Assembly (NCBI GenBank): GCA_030141605.1
Contig: JAQGDQ010000839.1
Span: forward strand, 25,321 to 89,320
DNA from: Tubiluchus corallicola
Lineage: Eukaryota; Animalia; Priapulida
Direction: 5' to 3'
DNA: 64,000 bases
Shown: piece by piece, positions 51,990 through 64,000 of the stretch
Numbering within the stretch: the stretch's first letter is position 1
How the letters are laid out: each line of letters begins with the position of its first letter
Position numbers and translations under genes: made by a program
The notes under the pieces: model-generated
Database searches by the model: none
Seen by the model: the letters and a program-made list of their open reading frames with translations, nothing else
What the model was told of the DNA's origin: nothing

Positions 51990-54185
51990 TTAAATTTTAG
52001 CTAGGAGCTTTGTCGATATTTCTGGCCCACTATAAAGGTAATTGTAGTGGCTTCAGGTAAATGATTAATAGATCATTTACCTGTGTAAAGCATGGCGCTT
52101 ATATGTATACAGGTGTCACCGTCGTTCGTCTTTCTCATGCGTTTCGTTGCACTTTTCAAAGCTAACGATTTGTTATTAGTGTTAAGAACAGGATTTTAAT
52201 GAACGAAAACGGGCAATGGTTTAAGAATTCGAAGAGGTGTGTGGTTTTAAATAACTATAATGCTGTGCAGTTAGAGCATTATTTATGACAACTATTATAA
52301 ATGCCTTTTATCTCTGAATTAAAAGAACCCTTGATTAAAATTATTTGTAAGTTTAGTCTACCATTACATGTGCAAGTTCATGGGGAGCACCTTATAATGC
52401 TTCTTCGTATAATTGAAATAAGGTTTACTACATTTAAGTGTTTACAGAACCTGTGCTGCCACCTACGAAACCTATTATTGAACTAAGTGAATTTACAACA
52501 TGTCTGTACAGTAAGAAGTGCTGCACTAATTTAAAATGCGGTGATATTAGCACTGCTGTAAGTTTCGTTATGTCATCTTACGTATTAAACTTTAATCAAA
52601 TTTCCTTCCCACGCCATCCTCAACTGTGAAACCTCTCAAATAGACATTTGCGACAGGAAAGTATTGCAATGTCAAGAAGAACGCGTTCCTCAACTAAAGG
52701 GATCATTTTAATCCATTATCCACTTAATCTGCCCGCAAGCACGGAAGTGCAATGTAAATGTCTTTAGAGAAAAACTTTTGACTTGCTGCTAATCTGGCTG
52801 CTAAAGACCTCCTTCGCGTCATTGTCGACACAGTCATCTCTTTTCAAAGCTTTGGCTGATGATAGAAATCTTAATCTCTTCACGTTGTCACTATTCGACT
52901 GTTGCCAGAATGCGGGCGCGGGATGCTTATGTATGGCAGTGAATGGATAGTGTCGGTTTCGATTTTTTAATACCATTAGTTTATCGGCAAGCAAGGGATC
53001 TACTGTCAACTTTAGCGGTCTGTCTTAATGCGGTTTAGTGATTTATACGTTCAGTGAATGAGGTAAAGCCGTAGAGAAGGCAGTTAGCCACTAGCCAGCG
53101 GCTAAGAAAACTGCAAATATCATTCTTTAAGGAGTGAATAGGAGGAGCCTTAATAAAGAGCACGGTTTTTTTTTATCTTAACAAAGTCGGTTGGCAGACT
53201 GTTATGATGATAATGATAAGTCTTTATTAGCCTCTTTTTGCAGACAAAAATATCTGTACTAACGTTATACAATTTTACATAGACACTATACAGAGTGAAT
53301 TCTACAATATTACATTTACAGATTCTGTAATTTTACATAGATACTATACAGAGTGAATTCTACAATATTACATTTACGGATTCTGTAATTAGCTTTTCTA
53401 ATTTGTACGTATAACATTTCTTACAGTGATATTAAACAAGAAATGTTGAAGTGAGTGCTAAAATCAAGGTTATTAATGCAGCAAGTTTCCTGTGAAGTAA
53501 CATAAAAATGCAGATAAATTGATATACCAAATTAATTTGATTCCAATTCAATGTTTAAATCCACAAGAGTTACAATCAGTAATCTCAAGAACTACACAAA
53601 TTTAATACCTATTTTACTAAAAATTAACAGCAGGATCTTAAAATAAAAGGGTCCTTTACAAAGCAGACTGTTAGCAAATGGTTGTCGAACTTTGCGCCGG
53701 GACCTCAACTCGTTCTTGTGGGGTTTTGGGTGTTAAAGCTAAAGCTATTACCCCAAGGTTGGGCAGGTGCATTACGGCGCTACCAACTGTCAAAAAGATC
53801 GAATTCTACTCGACTGTTTTAGTAGTTTTATAGAACTGCACATCTGTCATGCTTTAAACGATGCCCCCATTTTATTCCAGTGCACGTCTCACTCTTTCTA
53901 TGCTGGCTTTTCATCCGGGTTTCATTATCCTTTGTTAGTTAAAACTGCATTTTGAATTTGGCGTTGACAGATACGGATCTTTGTATTTTAATCCGGCCCG
54001 GCACAAATCGCTGCCGAAACGAAGTGTTATTTGATTCGTTGCGTCCACATTCTCCAGGAGAGTGAAACGTTCTCTCTGGACACCATCTTATTATCAATCT
54101 GTTTTGGATAAAATCACGTAGGGAAGTCTTTAGATGATTGTCAAAGCAAAATCATATACTGTAATTCATCAGAATTAATTACAGG

Positions 54186-54300
54186 TATATTACATTACAT
54201 TACATTATATTACATTACATCACATTATATTAGATTACATTACATTACATGACATTACATGACATTACATTGTACTGCATTACATTACATTACATTGCAT
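54186..54300. repeat. (ATTAC)n pentanucleotide microsatellite
   Basis: Direct reading. Confidence 0.9.
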
Positions 54301-54304
54301 ATAT

Positions 54305-54915
54305 TATTATTAGTATTTATTTTATTTCAGACATTTACAGTCATAGAACAATAAAAATAAGGCACAAGTAAAAACACACAATGAAAGGGTTAGTTAGAAT
54401 GGGTAAATTAAATTCTTTGCAACGACTTAAAAATGTTCGATCGAAAAATCGTCTCACTATTGTACAGCAAGTTATTAATAACAGTATTCTGACTGAAGAA
54501 CAGCCTAGTTCTGAGACTAAACACAGCTTTCCTACATCTGCATGAAAAACTTGGTACATTGTAGCTAACATACAATTGCCTTGCACTACAGTGACTAGGA
54601 AGATTAAAGAGTCCTCTAATGGCATTATTGTAAAAAATTCGCATTCTTCAATGTTTCCTTTATCGTGTTTAAACCAGAGACTATTGTTGCAATAAAACAG
54701 TGTACAAAGTGCTACAATAAGTCTTCTCTTAAAATCAGCAGAACAGTTTTTGTACCTCCTAATACTACAATTGGCTCTCGTATATAATAAACCACGTTGA
54801 TGTTTAATCTCAAGATCATCTTATATGTGCTGGTCAAGATGTGACTCAAATACCCCTGGTCATTAACAATCTTCACATCAGTACCATTTAGAATCACGGT
54901 AGAGCACAAGAGATC
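54305..54915 (-). mobile_element. Degenerate RTE-X-like LINE 3' fragment
   Basis: YNNAIRGLFNLPSHCSARQLYVSYNVPSF...RKAVFSLRTRL..S.N resembles RTE-X C-termini; ends tgtctgaaataaa; frameshifted. Confidence 0.65.
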
Positions 54916-54964
54916 AGCAAGCAGCATATCTTTTGGGCATGCATGTATATACCACTATGTCTAC

Positions 54965-55129
<165 letters not shown>

Positions 55130-55219
55130 GAGCTTCATTAAACATCTTTGGAGTCTGGTAAGTTGCAATACATCCAGAATTGCTTTTTATATTGTCGATA
55201 TATAGGGTTTCCTCTTGTC

Positions 55220-56435
55220 TGCAAAAGCAAAAGGCACAACAAACAAAAACAAGTACAAACATAAACACGTATTTCAGTTTGCAAGGGCAAAAGGCACAAC
55301 AAACAAAAACAAGGTACAAACATAAACACGTATTCCAGTTTGCAAGGGCAAAAGGCACAACAAACAAAAACAAGGTACAAACATAAACACGTATTCCAGT
55401 TTGCAAGGGCAAAAGGCACAACAAACAAAAACAAGGTACAAACATAAACACGTATTCCAGTTTGCAATAGCAAAAGGCACAACAAACAAAAACAAGGTTC
55501 AAACATAAACACGTATTTCAGTTTGCAAGGGCAAAAGGCACAACAAACAAAAACAAGGTACAAACATAAACACGTATTCCAGTTTGCAAGGGCAAAAGGC
55601 ACAACAAACAAAAACAAGGTACAAACATAAACACGTATTCCAGTTTGCAAGGGCAAAAGGCACAACAAACAAAAACAAGGTACAAACATAAACACGTATT
55701 CCAGTTTGCAAGGGCAAAAGGCACAACAAACAAAAACAGGGTACAAACATAAACACGTATTTCAGTTTGCAAGGGCAAAAGGCACAACAAACAAAAACAA
55801 GGTTCAAACATAAACACGTATTCCAGTTTGCAATAGCAAAAGGCACAACAAACAAAAACAAGGTACAAACATAAACACGTATTTCAGTTTGCAAGGGCAA
55901 AAGGCACAACAAACAAAAACAAGGTACAAACATAAACACGTATTCCAGTTTGCAAGGGCAAAAGGCACAACAAACAAAAACAAGGTACAAACATAAACAC
56001 GTATTCCAGTTTGCAAGGGCAAAAGGCACAACAAACAAAAACAAGGTACAAACATAAACACGTATTTCAGTTTGCAAGGGCAAAAGGCACAACAAACAAA
56101 AACAAGGTACAAACATAAACACGTATTCCAGTTTGCAAGGGCAAAAGGCACAACAAACAAAAACAAGGTACAAACATAAACACGTATTTCAGTTTGCAAT
56201 AGCAAAAGGCACAACAAACAAAAACAAGGTTCAAACATAAACACGTATTTCAGTTTGCAAGGGCAAAAGGCACAACAAACAAAAACAAGGTACAAACATA
56301 AACACGTATTCCAGTTTGCAAGGGCAAAAGGCACAACAAACAAAAACAAGGTACAAACATAAACACGTATTCCAGTTTGCAAGGGCAAAAGGCACAACAA
56401 ACAAAAACAAGGTACAAACATAAACACGTATTCCA
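55220..56435. repeat. 61-bp minisatellite, about 20 copies
   Basis: Unit gcaagggcaaaaggcacaacaaacaaaaacaaggtacaaacataaacacgtattccagttt; explains the Cys/Phe-rich minus-strand ORFs. Confidence 0.97.
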
Positions 56436-57011
56436 AAAACGTAATGTAAGCATAAACAGGTAATAACATTGCAAAGACACAAACAAAACCAACATGTGTG
56501 CTCCATTATACAATTTGCAAATATTTTCGTACATCTGAAGCCCAGATTCGAGGTTCGTCCGTGTCGCATTGCTCATATCAGTTAAAAACTGCCCAATATC
56601 GTACTTGAGTCATATAGAACCAATCATAATATGCTGCCCTGTGTTGAAAACCATGTTCATTTTTGCATGATCAAAGTACCAAAATTATTATTTTTTTTGA
56701 TGCCATATTTCCTCCTCCCATCAAACACCCGTTATAAAAATATCATTAATATGTGTGGTTTCAGTCAGCTGCTCGTAGTACACGCATAATTTTATGCAAT
56801 GCACATACAGCTGGTCGACTTTTTACGATTATTGCTAAACCAGTTGGGCTTCGTATTTCAATGTAGCATCAATTGAAAGGTAAACAAGAAGGGGGCCAAT
56901 TCAGTATGAAAACAATGATTAACACTTTTCCGTATAATATGCACAGCAACAGTTTGGCGATTTCGCATCACCACAAAACACTTTGCTTACTGTCCAACCA
57001 TAATATTGAAC

Positions 57012-57522
57012 ATTGTATCTGTGGATTTCGATTTGAGTCTGTTGAACACTTTTGTTGCACTGGGCATTGTATCAACAAACTAGGGTTGTTATGTTTGATA
57101 AATTAAATGCAATACTTCTGCCCGAAAACCTTAATATAGCTGCCTTAGGAAATAATGAACTGTTGAAGTTGTTATTATTCGGTAAAGATGAATTTAACTA
57201 TGTTGCTAACTGTAAAATATTCCAATGTATAGATGACTTTATATTACCTACTAAACGCTTCCAGTAGTTTCTATCTGGTATAAAATGCATCATTCTTAAA
57301 TATTCGTACATTAATATTTACTAACCGTCATTTTCTACTAATGTCTAATGTATCACTGTAGTAAAACTTTAGTATACTAAGGTATACTGAAAACTAAGTA
57401 TAGTCTATTCTTACTGTAAATGTTCTTGTAAATAGTGCGTAAAGTCTGTTGTGGTGAGGATCTTAAATCATGTTGTGCAAACTGTCTGATCCAATCCTAA
57501 ATAAATTATGTTTAAACTATTA
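57012..57522 (+). mobile_element. 5'-truncated CR1-group LINE 3' end
   Basis: CICGFRFESVEHF (frameshift) ...YQQTRVVMFDKLNAILLPENLNIAALGNNELLKLLLFGKDEFNYVANCKIFQCIDDFILPTKRFQ*; possible TSD TGAACATT (57007-57014, 57524-57531). Confidence 0.85.
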
Positions 57523-58298
57523 ATGAACATTCATTGGAATTTACCGATTTCAACATTAAATAAGACTGGAGCCAAAGTTGCCCCCTGGGGAAGCCGTGAC
57601 TGCTCACTGCTGTACGTATATCACGATGAACTCTCACTGCCTCAGTAAATGGGTGTTAAACGGCGCCTCGGATCTGTTCTAGATTTAAAACGTTCCCGAA
57701 TTTAAAAACGTTTATTTTGCTGGTATTAAATCCGGCGTGCAGCGCTTTGATGTAGCGTAGAATGACTTTGATTAAATCCGGCATCTGTTAGATCAACACC
57801 CACAAATTTTTTCCTGGTTAGCATTAAATTAGCATTTGAATGAAATGTTTATGTTTGCGCGTCTATCGTTGAGATAAACAGTTTAGGGTTAGTGCAACGA
57901 TCCTTCCCACAATGCTGCATTAGAACATGCATAAACCAGCATAACTGGATGTTATAGTACTAAAATATCTATTAAATATACAAAGATTGTCCTAAATTTT
58001 TCCGCATAAATACGCCTACTACACCCACCTCTGAACGGGCTATCTATCCATAGCCAGCACCACCCATGGCCTGTTCCCGTTCTCTACATCTCAGCCGTAT
58101 AACTTTTGCAAAAACGGCCAAAAAATGGCCATTTTTGGAGGTTTTTCGCCCCCCTGTTCGTCTCGGTGGGCCCGATTGGAAAAATAAACCCCCAATGGCA
58201 CGACACTAGATCGAGACCTTTCGTTTGATGTATAGATCGCCGCTAATGGTGCCGTCGTCGAAGCTATAGCCTCGAATCTTATATATATATATAAATAA

Positions 58299-58337
<39 letters not shown>

Positions 58338-59548
58338 AGTAGAATTAATTATCCTAAATTTTAAAATTTTATCAATTCAGGTAACATGTAGATACATGTA
58401 GATTACCTTTTACACACAAGGACAATACATTAAAGGAAGACCGGACCCTACCTTACACTGTAGGTCTAATCAATCTACTTTCTGAAATACTGAAATGCAA
58501 GATGCGTGAAAGAATTGTTACCATTCGTTAGATAGACGGGCTCAAAAAGCGGGTGCTGTATTTCTCAATTCAGAGGTGTTCGTTTGTGACGTAATAGTTC
58601 GAGAGCTTAATTTAAAATTTGCTTTTATCTTAAAATTTGACGAGTTTTTGTATGTTATATTGAATGTTGTTCGGTAGCACTGTAGTTCAATTTTCGTTTT
58701 CGCTAACGAGTTCATCATGCTCATGGGATGTTTGTGATATTAAAAATAAGTTCGTATGTAACGTCGTCACTCACTGGGCTCGCCTGCCTGTTAATTAAGT
58801 TTTTATCCTATTGTTTAACTATCCTATTATCAGAAATTATTTATTTATTTAGCAGTATTATTGATGTTAAAGTGCATACGTTTTACCATATCTCAAAATG
58901 GGATATGAAAAATTATCCTGTTTTCCTTACGATTAAAGGCTATTTTGCGTTTATGCCATTGTTACGAATTATTATTGATGGGGTTCTGGGGATATATGCC
59001 TATATTATTTATGGCCTTGAACCCTATGATTGCTAAATTAATAGTTAGTAAAATACTGTAATTTGTCACGCTTTCATCATTTTGCCCTGGAAAGCTGTGC
59101 TTCATTCAGGGGTCAAAACGTTCGCTTTGGCAGGGTTGACAAGCTTTATGTGCATCACATTAAGTAGCAAGTATACTTAATGCAATTTACTCGCCCCTAG
59201 TGTAGTAAATACTGCAGTTTACAAGTAAAATTCCGTAGTACGTGATGTGTAATTATCACAGCCGCCTGCAACGCCATCATTTGTAAGATAAACAACATTT
59301 GAGCTTAGAGAAACAGAGATCACTTGAAATGACTTTTTAACGTCGTGTAAGACATCTACTAGAGACGGTTTTCTGGTGCTAGGGTTTCGCCTCGTAGTAA
59401 ATTTTTGTTTGCTTGTAGCGTAACAGCTGTCTGTGCTGAATAGAGTGAGGTGTTTCGTGAAACGGAGTATGGGTCGGCTGTGGAGGGCTTCACTCTATGC
59501 CATACTGATATTACGTTTTGGTCAGAGCCTTCATAATATCATAATACA

Positions 59549-60125
<577 letters not shown>

Positions 60126-60860
60126 CTTACACTAACGTGGAAAAGACGTACAAAGTTCAATCACAATCCCTACAATGCATTTTAGCCTATTTAGGCTTCA
60201 GAAGTGTCGTAGCTATTCAGACAGATCTAATTTAATTAATGCAGTAATTCGTGGTGTATAGTTACTGAAATTTATTATGACAATGCACATTTGAACTTTT
60301 TAGTTGTTCTGGAACATGTTATTTCATTTTTAACCAGTTTCTTAATCATAAAAAATCGTATATTTTATTTATTGGCCCCCATGTCTATTTCTGCAGTCAC
60401 GTGACTTTTTCTGTTTACCTTCGCTGTTTGCAGATCATCTCTCTCCAGAGACATTACGTAATTTTACAATTATAATTATATTATGTGCGAGCTCTACGGT
60501 TGCTGACCAGCGCGTGCGCAGTGTAATGCAGTTAAATTTGATTGCACTGCAGCGCATGCGCAGTTGATAGCCGTTAATTTTGCATTGCTAATGACTCCCA
60601 TCGGAAGCCGTCGTCAATCTCTTAATTAATTTCAGTCTGGCTTTTAGAAAGTCGACTAATAAATTTTCTCTATCATTTGATGAAATTTATCCGTAATTTG
60701 CACAAGGTCATAATGCATTTATAACGGTGTAAGTATTTTATAATTTTATTTCACCGCCATATAAACGTTGCATATCGATCTTGTTGTTGTCCGTTTGATT
60801 TTCCCAGCGACCCTAGATACTATTCAACCGCCATTTTATATAAAATTATTATTCACTTAA

Positions 60861-61323
60861 CCCTTTCAGTCCCAAATTATTTTTGTAATAAGAAAATTTT
60901 TTTTAGCTTGGGACTTTTGTTCAGTATGTCCATCTTGTTTACACATAATAATTGTTATTTTTTCTACCTGTGCCCGCGTGCTAAATATAGCCTGTATCCC
61001 ACGGGATACATTGGGATTCAATGGAAGCATCAAATGTGCTTCATTTTGCAACTGCTGACAATTTTTTAAAGTATTTAAGACATTTAGTATGCACGCTATG
61101 CTGATCTGTACAAAGTCGTCTCTAAAGTACTGTACCTTGCGCAGAATTTTATGCCATGTAGATTTTCTAGTTTGCCATTTTATCAACATTTTTAGTCTAT
61201 TGTTATTGGCTTTTAATCAAAATAACTATTAACAGATCAAATAACTTTCAGTTTTAAAATTTTATTAATGTTAAAGGCAGAAAATATTCTCGTATCCCAC
61301 GGGATACAACGGGTATGAAAGGG
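60861..61323. mobile_element. piggyBac-like MITE, copy 3
   Basis: TTAA|CCCTTTCA...TGAAAGGG|TTAA. Confidence 0.9.
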
Positions 61324-62089
61324 TTAATTTGCATTTGAAAATCGAAAGTGTACGGCAAACCGTGTCACAGTTGGGAGAGCATTTCAACTTTGATAAAAAA
61401 AAACTGTTTGTAGTGTGTTAGCAGGGTATCAGAACTCATTCCCCCCAGTATTGTTGTTTGTGATGAAAGTGTAACGCGTGTGGTTTGGCAGCTGTCTGTG
61501 GGGTACCCCCGGTCCTGTGACAGCGTAAACTCTGTCCACACGTCTCGGACATCCGATCCCGTGAGAACCGGGAAACACGAGACGTTCCCGGAATCCTCCC
61601 TGCCGGATATATCAAGCATTGTGTATATTTTGTTAACAGTCTATACACGGTGCCATCGCGACAATACTTGCCTCCCGTCTCTTGGTCGTTCATTTTTCTC
61701 GTCTACGTGTGGCAGCACCGTTTGCGGTTTTAAATTTAATTCAAGCCGGTTTTATTCACCGTCTGATGGTTGTCTATAATAATGTTTTTCAAATGGCTAC
61801 ATGATATTTTAACAGCCAACTTACTTTTTATATGTATTTTTATTATTACTGTTGTTAGTAAAATATTGTGTTTATATTGTTCGTGTATGTAAGTTTAATC
61901 ACCATCTACTGATTATAACTGAGTCAAATGTTTTGTCGGATGGAATGTGATGATTATTAGACGTGATGCCCATTTTTCTTTTATTTCCTCTTTGCAGTCA
62001 GCACTTGAACCGTGGAGAACCTGTATTTGACCCAGTCTGTTTTGTAAATGTGCCATAAATAAATAAAGTTTAAAGAAACTAAACTAGAC

Positions 62090-62292
62090 TGTATGTATGT
62101 ACGTATGTACGTATGTACGTATGTACGTATGTATGTATGTATGTATGTATGTATGTATGTATGTATGCATGCATGGATGGATGGATGGATGGATGGATGG
62201 ATGGATGGATGGATGGATGGATGGATGGATGGATGGATGGATGGATGGATGGATGGATGGATGGATGCATGCATGCATGCATGCATGCATGT
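62090..62292. repeat. Compound (TATG)n(GATG)n(CATG)n microsatellite
   Basis: Direct reading. Confidence 0.96.
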
Positions 62293-63289
62293 ACTTTGAA
62301 GGAGTCTCTAGATGTGGTTGCTTGTGGAATACCTTCTGGCTCCATCCTCAAGTAACATGACATTAAAATTTTTCGCTCTTCCTATGTTGTTTGTTGCATT
62401 GATTGATTATGTCGGGACGTCTTGCATTACCTCAATAAGGTTATGGTAGAAGTTGAAGACAGTGTTAAGACTGTGATTTGTGACTTAAACCAAAACTGAT
62501 TCTTTTCTAAAATTGGTTGAATTAATCACGACACATTTCTTTGTCCTGTCGAAAAAATTTTTATAAGCCGTTGTTACCTACATTCGGACATTTCTGTGAG
62601 GGTACAGGTCATTCTACGCCCTTTGAATACTTCAGGCATTTACTTCCAAAAATCGTGTGGTCATTGCGCAATTATTTCACGTTTGTGACACGGATTAGGG
62701 AATTAGCGACCAGGCGAACCATTAGAGATGGTATCCCATATACTCACGACGCAAATCTTGCTAATAATGAATGCGGGCAAATCTTCCATCCCTCTCCGGT
62801 TTCCCGTAAGAGCATTACACGGTGAATGGCCGTTACACTGTATAATGTGTCCCCTTGTTGTTCAGAGAACTTGCTACAATCTTGTCATCTTCTATAGCAG
62901 GGAATCCTACCATTGCTAATCTTTAACAAATTTGTCATGCAAATGGACGTTAAGCCATCCGATAAGTCACCAGTTGTGTCCCCTAATCTTTGCGTTACGT
63001 CATAACAGATGTCCTAGCTTGAGCAATGGCTTCCTCAGACCTTTCTCGTGAGAGACTCTCTTTACTCACTTGTAGTCACTTTTGTGCAATAAAATATTCC
63101 GCGAGGTTTCTGCACTGCGTAGATAACTACGAAAGTGTTGTAGCTGTTTAGTTTGTTTCGGTCATACAAGCTGTCTTAGCGATATTTTCAGATCAGACGG
63201 GTTCTATCTGCTCTCGATGCTCCGGCAAATCATCTGCATGTAAACCTTGGCTTCTTTTGCGGCTTTGAACCTGGTTATTTCAACCTTGA

Positions 63290-63437
63290 CGATTGTCTTT
63301 GTTATCGTTGCTTAGTAGTTTCGTCTTCATCATTGTTACTGTCATTACGTCGTCGGCATCATCATCGTCGTCGCCGTCGTTATCACCATTATTGTCGTCG
63401 TCATCGTTATCATCACGATCATCATCATCGTTGTTAT
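63290..63437. repeat. Degenerate (TCA/TCG)n low-complexity tract
   Basis: tcatcatcgtcgtcg... Confidence 0.75.
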
Positions 63438-64000
63438 GCCTACAGCTTTTGCTCAAGTAAGCTGGCAACTTAAATTGTGTGGACTAAATTTTTCGTGTTT
63501 TATGTAGTTCAAAAGTCCTAGATTTTACCACTCTTTAAGCCACATCCCTTGGAATATATTATCTAAGTCAAAACCTCAATTCGAGTCAAGCTGTCAATAA
63601 CAAGTTCAGGAACATTGATTAATAGTGGAATCATTCAGGTCCATGTGACACGAAAATCCTACGTCAAGGGCTTCATACAAATATTTGAAGTGCGGGTTAA
63701 CGAACCATGTTTTGCACAGGTGTGATAATCGCCTGCTATTCTCACCTGCACACGATTAAAGAAGCCACACGTAGGAGCAGTGTAAGACTACACACTCGGT
63801 AAACCGGAAGCCAATGAATGAATGTGAGGATAGTTGTTTCCTGGTGTTCGACACATACTAATTATCGACAGTATTTCGTACATGAAAGCAAAATATAAAG
63901 ATTAAATTTGCTGGATTAACTGTTCACCATTGGACTAATTGTTATTGGTAGCTGGAAGTTGGGGCATTTGACCTCGAATTGCATACTTACTTTTGCGTTA

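Noticed and set aside
58010-58350. Possible Helitron/Helentron-type non-autonomous element ending in (TA)n
   Set aside because: No second copy in the window and no clear termini identified.
62295-62530. [14 protein letters not shown] resembling the RT motif CGVPQGSILGP
   Set aside because: Too short and degenerate to support as a feature without a profile search.

Overview
AT-rich, repeat-dense eukaryotic (animal, probably invertebrate bilaterian) genomic DNA; it is not prokaryotic. Two divergently transcribed spliced genes are recognisable. On the minus strand are three 5' coding exons of an SLC22 / organic-cation-transporter family gene (9404-9549, 3799-4024, 3130-3233, all GT-AG and phase-consistent; I recognised no further exon to the left). 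On the plus strand is the first coding exon of a Serrate/Jagged-type Notch ligand (18230-18622: signal peptide plus MNNL domain). After it I found no further exon in more than 45 kb. That apparent giant intron holds motif-rich enhancer-like islands, microsatellites, many minisatellites, truncated LINE 3' ends (CR1/L2 group, RTE-X) and non-autonomous DNA transposons (Kolobok-like, piggyBac-like MITEs). Bipartite RTE derivatives and a hAT-like element lie left of the Jagged exon. The most unusual structural signal is that several tandem arrays are amplified transposon ends or junctions: both ends of one hAT-like element, the end of a Kolobok-like element, and a LINE 3' end with microsatellite spacers. 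In addition, one LINE insertion appears to have duplicated the SLC22 exon-1 splice donor as its target-site duplication. Most long ORFs in the supplied track are artefacts of simple repeats. Gene coordinates were checked by hand; repeat boundaries and copy numbers are approximate manual estimates.
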